A stretch of 64,000 nucleotides of DNA, from contig NC_042999.1 in the NCBI RefSeq assembly GCF_006345805.1, forward strand, positions 167,958,001 through 168,022,000, written 5' to 3'. The notes beneath the pieces were generated by a model, which saw only the letters and a program-made list of their open reading frames with translations, made no database searches and was not told the DNA's origin. Source of the DNA: Octopus sinensis (Eukaryota). Shown in pieces: positions 11,375 to 24,601 of the stretch; position 1 is the stretch's first letter; the number at the start of each line of letters is the position of its first letter. The position numbers were made by a program, and so were the translations under genes.

Positions 11375-11644
11375 TCAGATACCTTTAGAAGAGTCCAGTC
11401 TGTTGAGAACAACTACACCAGGTCTCTGATTTGAAGACAAAACATAAGTAATGGATTCTTCTTCCTTTTTAAAACATAAGTAATGGATTCTTCTTTCTTT
11501 TTTTCTACCAGTCTTAGAGACTCCTTTTCTGATAATGCCATTTAAAGTACGAAGAACTCTATTATCATTTCTTAAGAACTGCCAGAGACCCGCTTTTCTT
11601 TTTATTGAATGATCTAAGAAAGTAACAAAGAAGTAACACACCAC
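11375..11644 (-). pseudogene. Decayed Penelope-type RT N-terminal fragment
   Basis: LRNDN..IIRK and RP..VVVLNR.D resemble the LxNxxxIIIxxxDKGxxVVILNRxDY motif upstream of PLE RT cores. Internal 32-bp-period tandem duplication at ~11439-11500. Confidence 0.4.
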
Positions 11645-13239
11645 AAGAGTTTTCTGTTGTCTTCAGGTTAACAAAAGGATTTGAACTCTGTACTAAAAGC
11701 GAACAAATCACTTATCATTACTATTCTTCCACTGTTCACTATAGATAAGTATTTTATTGTTTAGCAATGTCTCACAGATGTAATACTTTGAAAAGCTTTG
11801 ACCCACTGCAAATATCCTAAAGATGAATAGTCCTTCTTAGGGTGATTGAAGTCTAAAAAAATAGCATTTACCTTTAAAATCTAAAAAACAATATTTAAAT
11901 CTAAATGTTAAAAACATTTTAATTTAAAATACTCCTAAAGGGAGTTTTTTTCTACTTATTGCTTGAATAATCTCAGTTAATAAAAGCTTTTCAATTCACT
12001 GTATTACATGTGTTATAACCACTTGGATTTAGTATATAGAATGCCCCTGATTGACTTTTCCTTTCATCCTTTCAGGGTCAATAAAATAAGTACCAGTTGA
12101 GCACTGGGGATCAATGTAATTAATTTACCTCATCTTGCTGGCCTCAAACGAAAATTTGAAGCCAGTATTATCCAATAGGATTTAAAGCCAGCATCCTAGC
12201 AGAATCATTAACTATAGCAGATGAAATGCTTAACAGCCTTTCTTCTAGCTTTACATGCATTATGTAATGCTGTTAAAAAAGATCTTATCAGTTTGGCTGC
12301 CTGCATTTCAAAAATTAAAGTTTACCGAAAATTTTAAAATTTGGCTCAATAATATACTTGCCCAAACTGAATTGCTAGAGTTATTTTATTTTTTCCAGAA
12401 AAATGTTTTTAAAAAGTTATAGAGGTTTAAACTTTGATCATTTTCACCCAGTCAGGAAACAGGATTTGGAAGCTGTCATTTTGTGCGTGACTGCATATTT
12501 GGTCGTCAACATACTGAAAATAGTAGGTGTTGTCAATATTTGTAAACATGTGTTATGTCACTGGTAATTTTCTTTCATGTAAATAAGTGTTTATGTTAAT
12601 TTAAAAGAGAAAAATAGTTTTAAATCTCTGAGTGAGGCGTTGGCAAATAAACTTTAATTTAAAAGATTTATCCAGAAAATTTTATTTAACTGTTATTTTT
12701 AGCACACCTCAGAACCACCTCAGTGCTCAATGACAAAAAGAAACGAGTAAACAAACATTTAAGCATTCGATATGCATTTAATGCAAATGTGATGAACAAC
12801 ACATTACATGCGATAAACACATTACAATTTTTAACAGGAAAATTTGGAAGAATTAGATGAAAGTTCTACGGTAATTTTCTTTCATGTGAATAAATGTACA
12901 TGTTTCCATCACATCTTCTCATACACCTAACATGCCTCTTTTTACATAATTTTCTTTTGGTTGCAACACCCTTTTCTTAAAAGTTTAACACAAAACTCAA
13001 CATCAAATTTGTCAACACTTGTTTCCTCACAGATAAAAGACTGTTCAAAGACTGTTACTATGGCAACAGGCACACAAAAGAGTTTTCATGTTCCACTTCT
13101 TACTATCAAAACAGGCATGAACGTGTCTGTGGTTTATGATTGGCTAAAACTATCAAAATTTTCAAACTTTAATTAACTCTTTGTTTATTGATTTATAGTC
13201 AAAATAATTTTCACATCATTAATTAGCCCATAAAAGTGT

Positions 13240-15858
13240 ATCATCATCATCATCATTATCGTTTAACGTCCGCTTTCCATGCTGGCATGGGTTGGACGGT
13301 GCAACTGGGGTCTGGGAAGCCAGAAGGCTGCACCAGGCCCAGTCTGATCTGGCAATATTTCTACGGCTGGATGCCCTTCCTAACGCCAACCACTCCATGA
13401 GTGTAGTGGGTGCTTTTTACATGCCACCAGCATGGAGGCCAGGCGAGGCTGGCGACAGCCACGATCAGATGGTGCTTTTTATGTGCCACCAGCACGGAAG
13501 CCAGTCGGGGCGGCGCTGGCAACGACCACATTAGGATGGCTCTCTTATGTGCCACCAGCACTGGTATCACAGCTACAATTTCCATTGATGTTGATCAATT
13601 TTGATTTTGATTTTGATTTTCACTTGCCTCAATAGGTCTTCACAAGTAGAGTTTTGTGTCCCAAGAAGAAAAGGTATGCATAATTGGACTGAGGCCATGG
13701 GTTATAATCTCACTTGTCCGGCCGGGTCTTCTCACGCACAGCATACTTCCAAAGGTCTCGGTCTCTAGTAATTTCCTTGGTGAGACCTAAAGTTTGAAGA
13801 TCGTGCTTCACCACCTCGTCCCAGGTTTTCTTGGGTCTACCTCTTCCACAGGTTCCCTCAACCGCTAGGGTGTGGCACTTTTTCACACAACTATTTTCAT
13901 CCATTCTTGCCACATGGCCATACCAGTGCAAACGTCTCTCTTGCACACCACAACTGATGCTTCTTAGGTCCAGCTTTTCTCTCAAGGTACTTACACTCTG
14001 TCGTGTATGAACACTGACATTACACATCCATCGGAGCATACTGGCTTCATTTCTTGCGAGCTTACACATATCCTCAGCAGTCACGGCTCATGTTTCACTA
14101 CCATGTAGCATGGCTGTTCATACACATGCGTCATACAGTCTGCCTTTTACTCTGAGCGAGAGGCCTTTTGTCCCTAGCAGAGGTAAGAGCTCTCTGAACT
14201 TTGCCCAAGCTATTCTTACTCTAGCAGTTACACTTTCAACACACCCGCCCTCGCTACTGACTTGGTCACCTAGGTAACGGAAGCTATCAACTATTTCTAG
14301 TTTTTCTCCCTGGAATGTGGCGGAAGTTGGTCTCTGCGCATTTTCAGTGTTTATTGCTCTTGAGCATCTGCCACATACAAAAACTATCTTCCTAGTTAGC
14401 CTTCCCTTGACATTGCTGCACCTCTTTTTTCTACAGATCAAGCAAGGCCATCTACCTGAAGGCATTTGTGACTTGTCGACCCTCCTACTTATTAGGACTT
14501 TGGTTTTAGCTAGGTTGACTCTAAGACCCTTCAATTCTAATCCTTGCTTCCACACCTGAAACTTCTCCTCCAGTTCTGATAGTGACTCAGCAATTAGAGC
14601 AAGGTCATCAGTGTAGAGGAGCTCCCAGGGGCATCCTGTCTTGAATTCCTCCGTTATTGCCTGGAGGACTATGATAAATAGGAGGGGGCTGAGGTTGAAC
14701 CTTGATGGACCCCTACCTCTACCCGGAATTCTTCACTGTACTCATTGCCAACCCTCACCTTACTAGCAACGTCCCTGTACATGGCTTGCACAGCTCTCAC
14801 TAACCATTCATCTATCCCTAGTTTCCTCATTGACCACCAGATAAGGTATCGGGGGACCCTGTCGAAGACTTTCTCCATGTCAACGAAAGCCAGGTACAGG
14901 GGCTTATCTTTGGCTAGGTATTTCTCCTGCAGCTGTCTTACCAGGAATATGGCATCAGTGGTGCTTTTCCCTGTCACGAATCCAAACTGCATCTCATCTA
15001 AACTAACTCTCTCTCTAATTAGTTGGGCTATGACCCTCTCCGTAACCTTCATTACCTGATCCAACAGCTTGATACCTCTGTAATTATTTGTATCTCGGGC
15101 GTCACCTTTACCTTTGTAGCAGTTGACTATTATGCTGCTACACCAGTCATTGGGTATGACTCCTTCGTGTATCACCTGGTTAACTATACTAGTGACTAGG
15201 CTATAGCCGACACTACCAGATATCTTGAGCATCTCTGCAGTAATTCCTGATGGGCCTGGGGCTTTCCCTGTCTTCATGCTTCTAATTGCCTTAACTACCA
15301 AGGAACTGTCAACTCGGATAGCTGGTCCCTCTGTTGGGTCGACATTCGGCAGACTCTCTTTATCCCATTCATTTTCCTCATTCAGCAACCTTTCATAGTG
15401 GCGTCTCCAATCCTCTCTCTTTGCATCCTCATTTAGCGCAAGTGAACCATCATCCTTGCGAACACATTTCTCTCCTACCACGTCACGATTCTCTCTCAAA
15501 CACTGTCTTGCAACACAAAATACCTCAAGTCTTTGGTCCTCACGGCGCAAAACATTGGCAAATTTTTTCTTATCTGCTTCCCCTCTGGCTAAATAAACCT
15601 GTCTCTTAGATTCCCTTTTGGCAGTCTGATACAATTCCCTGCTACCACCATTTTCCCAGTCCTTCCACCCCTGTCTCTTTTCTCTAATAGCCCTGTCTAC
15701 AACATTATTCCACCACCACGTTATTTTAGGTCGAGAGGGGACTTTGCACCAGCCACAGATCTGGTCAGTGGCTCTCAGCAGGTTGTCCCTTAGAATCCTC
15801 CAGTTGTCTTCTACCTCATGTGAAGCTATATCCCCTTCTACTTCGTCAAAGGCTTCAT
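13240..15858 (-). mobile_element. RTE-clade LINE, 5'-truncated, frameshifted
   Basis: Track ORFs 14669-15634, 14118-14555 and 13710-14084 carry RT motifs (NYRGIKLL, QFGF..GKST, FVDMEKVFD, GVHQGS). The catalytic YADD reads YTDD near 14605-14616. RTE C-terminus RLHWYGHVARM..GRGRPKKTW. 3' UTR has ~60-nt repeats and a (GAT)n tail. Confidence 0.93.
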
Positions 15859-16027
15859 TATATTGAATATGAAATCAATTCGAACAAATTGATGCTGGCA
15901 GCCAAACTGACAAAATCTGTTAAAAATAATTTACTCACTTGTTTTGTTTGTTTGTTTTCATTTTATTCTATTTTTTACGAATGGAATTCAAACGGAAGTT
16001 GACACGTTTAATATACAGATAAACTTT

Positions 16028-16816
16028 ATACTCTTTTTTACTCTTTTATTTGTCTCAGTCATTTTTACTGCAGCCATACTGGAGCACAGCCTTTAGTCGA
16101 GCAAATCAACCCCAGGACTTATTCTTTGTAAGTCTAGTAATTATTCTATCGGTCCCTTTTGCTGAACCGTTAAGTTACAAGGATGCAGACACACCAACAT
16201 TGGTTGTCAAGCAATGCTAGGGGGACAAACACAGACACACAAACACATGCATATATATATATATATCTATATACGACAGGCTTCTTTCAGTTTCTGTCTA
16301 CCAAATCCACTCACAAGGCTTTGGTCAGTCTGAGGTTATAGTAGAAGGCACTTTCCCAAGGTGCCATACAGTCGGACTGAACCAAGAACCATGTGGTTGG
16401 TAAGCAATCTACTAACCACATAGCCACTCCTACACCTATAGTTTGAAAATTATATTCTTTTACTTGTTTCAGTCATTTGATTATGGCCATGCTGGAGCAC
16501 CACCTTTAGTCGAACAAATTGACCCCAGGACTTATTCTTTGTTAGCCTAGTACTTATTTTATCGGTCTCTTTTGCCGAACCGCTAAGTTGCAGGGACATA
16601 AGCACAACAGCATCAGTTGTCAAGCAATCTTGGGGAGACAAATACACACACATACATATATACAACAGGCTTCTTTTCCATTTCCGTCTACCAAATCCAC
16701 TCACAAGGCTTTGGTCTGCCCAAGGCTATAGTAGAAGACACTTGCCCAAGATTTCACGCAGTGGGACTGAACCTGGAACCATGTGGTTGGTAAGCAAACC
16801 ACTTACCACACAGCCA
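16028..16816 (-). mobile_element. Two tandem SINE family A copies (16028-16437, 16455-16816)
   Basis: Two complete head-to-tail units of the family consensus. Confidence 0.85.
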
Positions 16817-17796
16817 TGAAGGTAAAGAATATACACACCACCTGTTCTTAGTGTTTAAGTTTAGGGTTATGGCGAAAATAGGTGGTGTGCATATTCTTTA
16901 CCTCAGCCATAATTTCTTCAAAGCAATATGACTTTTTTAATAATGTGAGAAAAAAAAAACTGGACACAGTGCCACACTTCTTCAATCATTATATTATAGA
17001 TAGTGAAGGAAAGGTTAAACTCTAACTTTTAAATGAAGGAAAATATGTATTAGTTTGAAGTCAACCAGAAATTAAGCTTACCAAAATTTCTAACTTAAGT
17101 AATATATATTACCAGAATATTTTACAGTAATAGCATTTATTATCTTAATTTATATATAATAATATATAATATTTCAGAGTTGTACTTGTTTAACAAGCAA
17201 CTTGATCTGAGATTGTATGCAACAATTTACACTGTGGAAGGGTCACTTTAGCCATTTAAGAATTCACAAACTGTTTACATTTACTTTCATTCTATAATTA
17301 TATTGCCCATTATGAAGTCTTAAAAAGTTTTAATTACACTTTTCCAACCTGGTCACTGATATAATTCCACTTCATCAGAATATACTTATATACTTTTATA
17401 ATCAGTCTTCATCATCATCATCATCATTTTAATGTCTAAGTTTCCAAGAATGCACAAGTTGAACAGAGTTTATTGAGGCAAATTTTATAAGGCCTGATGT
17501 CCTTCCTGTCACCATTTCTTACCTGTTTCCAAGCAAGATAATATTTCTCCTTGGTTAGACATGTTTTTGCAGAATATTTGAAATGAATAATATTCATTTA
17601 CAGTGTTGTGCAATATCAAGACAAATAGACACATCTAAGCACACACTCACTCACATATATACATGACTAACTTCTTTCAGATTCCAGCTATCAAATCTAC
17701 TCACAAAGTTTTGATTGGCCCAACAAAGTTTTGATTGGCCCAAGACTACTGTAGAAGACACTGTTTAATTATAGCCAACTAAAAATAAACACCATT

Positions 17797-18140
17797 CATC
17801 ATCATCATCATCATCATTATCATTTAATATCCATTTTCCATGTTGGCATAGGCTGGACAATTCAACAGGAGCTGACAAGCCAGAAAACTGCACCAGGCTC
17901 CAATTGTTTGTTTTGACAGAGTTTCTTTGGCTGGATGCCCTTCCTTATGCCAACCACTTTACAGAGTGTACTCGGAGTTTTTTATGCAACACCAGTACAA
18001 ATGCTCTTTACCTAGCACTGGCAGAAGTGCTTTTCAAATGGTACCAGCTCAGGTGTTTTTTACATGGCACCAGCACAGGTGCCTTTAACATGGCATCAGC
18101 ATAGGTGCTTTTTATATGGTACCGGCACCAGCAGGATCAC
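17797..18140 (-). mobile_element. RTE 3'-end fragment, diverged
   Basis: (CAT)n then ccattttccatgttggcatagg..ctggatgcccttcc, as in the 13240 element. Similar pieces at 3617-3665(+), 17408-17630(-), 37651-37826(-), 41925-41977(+) and 43700-43831(+). Confidence 0.75.
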
Positions 18141-18938
18141 CAAAGACTTTTTAGTCGAGAGAGGGAGTAGAACCAAGGAGGAAAAAATCTTTATTGCATA
18201 AATATCCTTTTTTTATATTTCATCTTTCTTCCAGTTTCACAATGTGTGCCTTTTTCTGCAGGCTGTATACTGTATGAATCCTTCTTTCGATGTGCACCCA
18301 TCCTTTTCCAAATTTTTGTTTTTTCTTACATCTTTCTCCAGTTATCACCCTTTTTTTTATTCCAGCTGATAAATGCAATCAAAAAATGATAATAATGATA
18401 ATGTTTATCACCAAGATAATCTGTTACCTGGAAAAATTTGCATACATCCTGCATCAGCATGAACTGCTCATCTTCTCTCTTCCAGGAATGATCTTACCTG
18501 TTCCCTTTCTTGCTAAATTTTTGAGATCTTAGTTGGATTAAACATTTTTTGTGTAATCATTCAGAAATTGAATGGTATCCTGAGATTTTGAACCCTAGGA
18601 AATAATAGCCTTGTTTACCTTGTGCATAGCACTATCCCTGCTTAGTATTTCAGCTGTTGAACCTGAAGATATAAAATTCAAAAATGACTCCAAGCACTGT
18701 TTGAACTTAGATTATAGAGGAGTAAAACTAAAATATTTTGTGAAGCCCCTTAGTGTTTCTGCTACTCTTGCTTCCCAAAGAAATCAATATTGGGGAGGAT
18801 CAAAGTAGTTTTCCTAACCCCAAACTAATTAGTTTGAAATTTCATAGACTTTACTGAAAAAAATTGTTTACCATGAATATTTCTCATTTGTAATTGTCCA
18901 TTGAAAACTATATTATTGTATATTTGTATTCTATTCAG

Positions 18939-19032
18939 AACCATCAGAAAAACAGTGTGAAGACCAACATTATTGTCTAAACAAAGGTGAATGCTGGTAC
19001 CGGTTACCTCCCTTAGATGAGAAATATTGCAA
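18939..19032 (+). CDS. EGF-domain common exon (Cys1-Cys4)
   Basis: Acceptor tttgtattctattcag|, donor tgcaa|gtaagt; 94 nt = 2+90+2. Encodes PSEKQCEDQHYCLNKGECWYRLPPLDEKYC(K). YCLNKGECW resembles the FCVNGGECF / YCLNGGxC motif of EGF-family ligands. An in-frame tandem acceptor is possible at 18948. Confidence 0.88.
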
Positions 19033-19155
19033 GTAAGTATTTCTCCCAAAATAATAAATCCACATATATATATATTACAGTTCTTACAATAATAGTTTTA
19101 GATAGTAAAATTTTACTCTTGTACAAATTAAAGATATCTCTCTTTTAAAAATCAG

Positions 19156-19215
19156 ATATAGATATTACCACTTTTAATATAGCCATAGCTATATTAAAAG
19201 TGGTAATATCTATAT
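19156..19215. repeat. Perfect 28-bp inverted repeat with 4-nt loop
   Basis: atatagatattaccacttttaatatagc-cata-gctatattaaaagtggtaatatctatat. Confidence 0.95.
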
Positions 19216-21176
19216 ATAAACTGTTAAATATCCATAGAGTGCTTTGAGTTTCTTAAAAAAATTTTTATATATTTAAAGCACTGTGAAATGTATATTTAAA
19301 CTATGAAAATATTTTTTCTATAACTATTTTCATTTCAATGTGTGTGAGGGTTTGTTTATGATGAAAGAAATCCATGAGAATATTTTGTTAAACAACAGAT
19401 ATAACTTGTTAACCAAGAAATACCTGTTTTGTCTTGTTCTTAACTAAAATAGAAATTTACCTATTGCACTTACATTTATAATAATTAAATTTAGTCATCA
19501 TCATCATCATTATCATCATCACAATTATCATAATTTAGTTTTACAACTGTTCACAAACATAAACTCTTGTATGATATTTCTTTATACAATGACATTCACA
19601 GGCCCTATGCACATACTCACACACATGCACATACAGTATTTAGCATTATCAGCATCCTATAAACATACTGATATTAAATTTGCTATATATATATATATAT
19701 ATATATAATGATAGCAAATTTTTATAAATATACACTAATCCCTCAACTATCATGGGTGTTACATTCTAAACCCCCTGCGATAGGTAGAAATCCATGAAAT
19801 AGAAACAGTACTGTACTGTATATTTTTCAAATTATTTTTATAATTTGTATATATTTATTTCATTATAAATGCAAAACAACACAGATTGGAATCAACATAA
19901 GCTTAAATAATAAATTGCGGTAGGTGATCCGCAATATGGTAAGGGATAATATAATATAATATAACATAAAATACTTTGTATATCATCATCATTGAACTGT
20001 TCTGACTGCTGATATGTGATACAACACAAGATCTGTCCACTCATAGCAAAGTGTGTGTTTGTATACACACACACACACACAAATATGCAGTAAGTAGAGT
20101 CAGTGAAGAATTTAGCATGAAGGAAGGAGTTCATCAAAGTCATCTATTCTTCATAGCCCTACAGGCCATCACAGAGGAGTTTAAGACTGGATGTCCATAT
20201 GCTCAATGAGTTGTTCTCATAGCTTAGACAAAAGTAGGATTAGAGAGGAAATTCTAGGTATGGAAATTAAACCAAGAATCAAGAAACCCCATGAAAAATT
20301 TAGCAAAGACTAAGATTTTAGTGAGTGAGAAAAAAGACAGGACTTTTGCTATCTTCATGGAAATTGTCTTGCTCAGTATGAAGGAATTGATCAATTATAA
20401 ACTCTGTACACTGTTCCTAGAGAAAGCTATGGATACACAAGCAGTATGAGGTGTAGTAGAATTGCAGGTAGACTAACAGAGAAGGTAAGCATCAATGTGA
20501 TAGATACCTTGGAGCAGTGCACAGTGCATACTATGAACAGTCAGAAATGGATTTTCTTCAATGTCTTGATAGCTCACTGGAATTAGTCAGTAGGTTTTGT
20601 TACCTGGAAAGATGGTTGCTCTGAAAGTTAAGTACCTAAGTTAAGAACAGGTCAGAGAAAATTCAGGATGCTACCACTGCTGCTGGCATCTAATCAGTAT
20701 TTGTACTGATTTTTATACATCATTGCAATTCTAGCAATTACTATTTCAATTATAGCATTTTATGACAATGTACTGCTATGATAAATAAACTTGTTTTCTG
20801 TATTTTTACTTGGCTGTCAATTAAAAACAACAGTCTGTTTCTCTATGTGTTGAAAATGCAGGGAGCCTAGCACCAATGAGCCCTGTACCAATGAGCCTTG
20901 CACTTTATGTCAATATGGGAATCTTCAATAAGAGCACAACATAAATTAACACAAAATTTTGAAAGGTTTTAATGTAGATTCCTTTAAAATCAGAAGTTTG
21001 TATCATAGAACCAGGAGTTGTCTCAGGAAAGGTTGTTATAAGAACGGTTGAGTTTCATTTGAAGTCCTCATGTCATTCTATTACTTTATACCAAGATTGA
21101 TATATGCTAACTCTTTAAAATACTATTTACGTTTATAGTGATCTGCTTTCTCTTTAAACCTCTCTCTCAATATACG

Positions 21177-21207
<31 letters not shown>

Positions 21208-21504
21208 ACACGTACACACACACACACACACACACACATATCCAATATGTTTCATTCCCTAGTGGACAGTTATTATTACAAAGGAGATAATGATTTCTTC
21301 ATAATATTTGATGAAATAAGAAATTTGAAATTAAGGAATTACAGAGAAAAAAATGCATAGAATTCACATATATTTTTTGATATTTGAATTTTTTTTTCTC
21401 ACTTATGAAATTCTTGAAGATTATAGTCAATGGTAATTGTGTATAGAACTATTTCATTCTTTTCAGAAATCTTCAGTATAATAATGATATCAAGTTTTTG
21501 CTAT

Positions 21505-21705
21505 AAGGGCAGCTTGGTGGAGGGGATTAAGTCAATTACATCAACCCCAGTGTGCAACTGGTACTTATTTAATCGACCTTGAAAGGATGAAAGGCAAAGT
21601 CGACCTCAGCGGAATATGAACTCAGAACATAGCACAGACAAAATACCACAAAGCATTTCGCCCAGTGGGCTAAAAATTCTACCTGCTCGGCCCCTTAATT
21701 TTCAG

Positions 21706-21742
<37 letters not shown>

Positions 21743-21760
21743 TAATAATAATAATAATAG
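21505..21760 (-). mobile_element. SINE family C with adjacent (AAT)n
   Basis: Reverse complement of the gagttcaaatt..gtcgactttgcctttcatcctttc..aagtaccagt unit seen at 47430-48145. Confidence 0.75.
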
Positions 21761-22532
21761 TAATTCATTGTTCATTTCTAATCATCTAAGTTGCAAAAGT
21801 AAAAATTGATTTTTTTCCTGCTTCTTTAGGTAAGCTTCTTTGTGAGTTAATACGAAAACCTGTACAATACCACAATAAATATAGTTTATAAGTAACAGGT
21901 AGAAAAATATAATTCCTGAAAAGTTTTCAAAAGTAAAAAGAAAACATTGGTTTTATATAAATATGACGTAGTTACGTTGAAAATATATTAAGTTCTTCAC
22001 CTAAAAATATTTGTTGTGTGTTGATGAGTGTGTATATATGTATAATTATCATAATTTTTTTTTTTTGTCAGTATCTATATTTCTGGCAATATAACAAATA
22101 TAAGCAAAAAATATTCACTGCAGAATCTGAGGACATATAAATTCATATATACTCTTTATTGTTTGTATATACCAACAATGACAATTTAATAGAAAAGTGC
22201 CAATTTGTTATGTAATTATTATTTAGTCTAATCTGTAAATACAAAAGTTAGTTTTTGCTCAGAATCAAAGATGAACTAATTAATAGTTCAACAAATAAGT
22301 TTTCATTTGCAGAACTAGAGAAATATTTTCATAAAGTAGGAATATTTTACATGTGTGTGTGTGTGTAAGAACATGCTTTATGCTTTGATATAAATATCAA
22401 ATTATATCATTGTGCTAGTGTTTCATTATAGTTGAAAGTTAGTGAATCCTTCAAATTGATTCGGCTGTTTTTAATTTCAATAAAGTATCACTTTAAAACG
22501 AATGCTGAAATATTGAAGTATTATTCTCTACT

Positions 22533-22860
22533 ATACTGGCACTCCATTAGTTATGACAACAAGGGTTCCAGTTGATCCAATCAATGGAACAGCCCACTCA
22601 TGAAATTAACATGTAAGTGGCTGAGCACTCCACAGACACATGTACCCTTAACGTAGCTCTCAAGGAGATTCAGTGTGACACAGAGTGTGACAGGGCTGGC
22701 CCTTTGAAATACAGGTACCACTCATTTTTGCCAGCTGAGTGGACTGGAGCAATGTGATATAAAGTTTCTTGCTCAAGGACACAATGCGTCACTGGGAATT
22801 GAACTCATGACCTTACAATCATGAGCTGAATGCCCTAACCACTAAGCGATGCACCTTCAC
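22533..22860 (-). mobile_element. SINE family B
   Basis: Same tail as 1083; central module ctcatttttgccagctgagtggactggagca..cttgctcaaggacac. Confidence 0.8.
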
Positions 22861-24379
22861 ATTATTACATATTATATTGAAGTAAAATCATTATTATAAT
22901 ACAGCCATTATGTAGCAATGCAATTATTGTTTCATTTCTCAGTTAAGCTATGACAAATCTTGGATTTCATTTCTCATCAATGAAATCATGCTGATTAGCA
23001 AATTATTAAAAAGCTTTTAACCTTTCATATATACCCAATAAACTGTAAGCATATTTAATAAATCTATGTTATGTCTATGAGAACCGAATGTAAATTAACT
23101 AATGGTGTCCTTAAACCCTGTAGCATTTAAACCAACCATATCCAGCCCCAAAATGTTCTGCCTGTTTTATGTTCAAACTGGCCAGATCCAGCCTCTCACA
23201 CCTAACCTACAATGTCATTCTAAAAAATTAATGGCCACCTCATCAAAATCCCATAACTACAAGATTATCCATGATTAATTCAAAACAATGTGAATAACTA
23301 AGAATTACTTTTGGTAGAATAATGTGAATGATAAAGGCTTTAAACACTCAAGTTATCTTTCATAAACAATTGTATCACACTGTAAAACTTGTAATAGATC
23401 AAAATATTTTAATAAGCTTCAAAATTTATACAACCTATGGTATCTACTATATATACGTAACTGTCCTTCAAATAAGTTAAAATAGTCTGTTAAAGGCATT
23501 TTTGAATTTCTAAATTGTCTTACAAAAAAATTTATTTAGACAAGTAGTTTTTAGAATAACAAAATAATGTTAGTTTAAACAATACACAAGAACATTAAGA
23601 ACACTGTAAAAACGGAATCAAAGAAGCTCTGGACAACAGAAGAAGTAGGAATTTTATGTTCTGCTTAAGATTTCTATAACTATATTAGTATTTTATTTTG
23701 TCAGAAAAGCATGTAATTATTTTAATTGACTTGTGAGTAGTATATTATTGAAACTTATAGCAATGATCCTTTAGATATGATCAGCCATGTGGAACATGGA
23801 AGGATAAAACTAAACACTTCATCTGGTGTTTCACTGTTGCACTATTTAGTATTCCCATTTAGTTTTGTATATGTGTAATTTTTTATGCATAATAGTGTAG
23901 GACTAACAATAAAGAACTATTCCAGTCATAGCACTGATAATATGAAACAAAATGGTATTACTTAATATGTAAAGTAAGAAGAAACTCTATGCTCAGTGAA
24001 GCAATAAAGTTTGGAGAAGTACATTGATAAACAGGCTACCCAAAGCTTCAAGTACAACTAATATCCACTCTGTCAGTGTTGATAATATAAATACTCTTCT
24101 CACAAAGAATTTAAAAACAAGATTGAATCATTAAAAGTGGCAAATTAATTCAGTTATCATGGATACATAATCAGCAGAAGGCTTCACTTAACCACAAATC
24201 TGAACATTTTTGCTCAGTATATCTCAAATTTCGACTTATTTTAATGATATAAATGTTAATAAGCTCTGTAATTAGTTAATTGAGGAAATAAATAAATCTG
24301 CTAATCTGATAAACTCTTTAATAAAAGTTTTAAAAGAACTAACTTTAGGCTAGCCACTTGTGTTTCCAGGAACATTTAA

Positions 24380-24601
24380 CCCTTTTGATACCAACCCGGC
24401 TGAAACTGCCTCTTGTTCAGTCATACAAATGTCTTGTTTTCAAAAGTTCTGAATTAAAATCTTCCATCAAACCTTAGTCACAATTTATGTTCCTAACACT
24501 AGCTTAATGATAATGAAGTTATTTTACTAAATTCTTTGTTATATTTAAAATTAATTGAAAGAAACTCAGAGCATCTCAAAATAAATACAGTAACGAAAGG
24601 G
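24380..24601. mobile_element. piggyBac-type MITE, family 2 short form (222 bp)
   Basis: TTAA|ccttttgatacc-type left end and gtaacgaaaggg|TTAA right end; reverse copy at 61867-62091. Confidence 0.82.

Noticed and set aside
12703-12746. Candidate intermediate exon (S)HLRTTSVLNDKKKR
   Set aside because: Ends in phase 0, so it cannot connect to the phase-1 EGF exon.
13408-13560. Regularly spaced gtgccaccagca repeats with variable spacers (CRISPR-like look; also 31690-31900, 60050-60370)
   Set aside because: They are degenerate ~60-nt tandem units of the RTE 3' UTR in a eukaryotic genome, with no cas genes.
16858-16869. TTAGGG telomere-like motif
   Set aside because: Single occurrence, not an array.
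18190-18700. Coding-looking minus-strand stretch with splice-like motifs and a DLxxxARKGTGK string reminiscent of DEAD-box motif I
   Set aside because: In-frame stops, wrong spacing to the putative Q motif, no downstream helicase motifs and implausibly short introns. Would need tBLASTx or HMM support.
18611-18808. ORF with a signal-peptide-like start (IIALFTLCIALSLLSISA) just upstream of the EGF exon
   Set aside because: No ATG (in-frame TAG at 18596-98) and no credible phase-1 donor to reach 18939.
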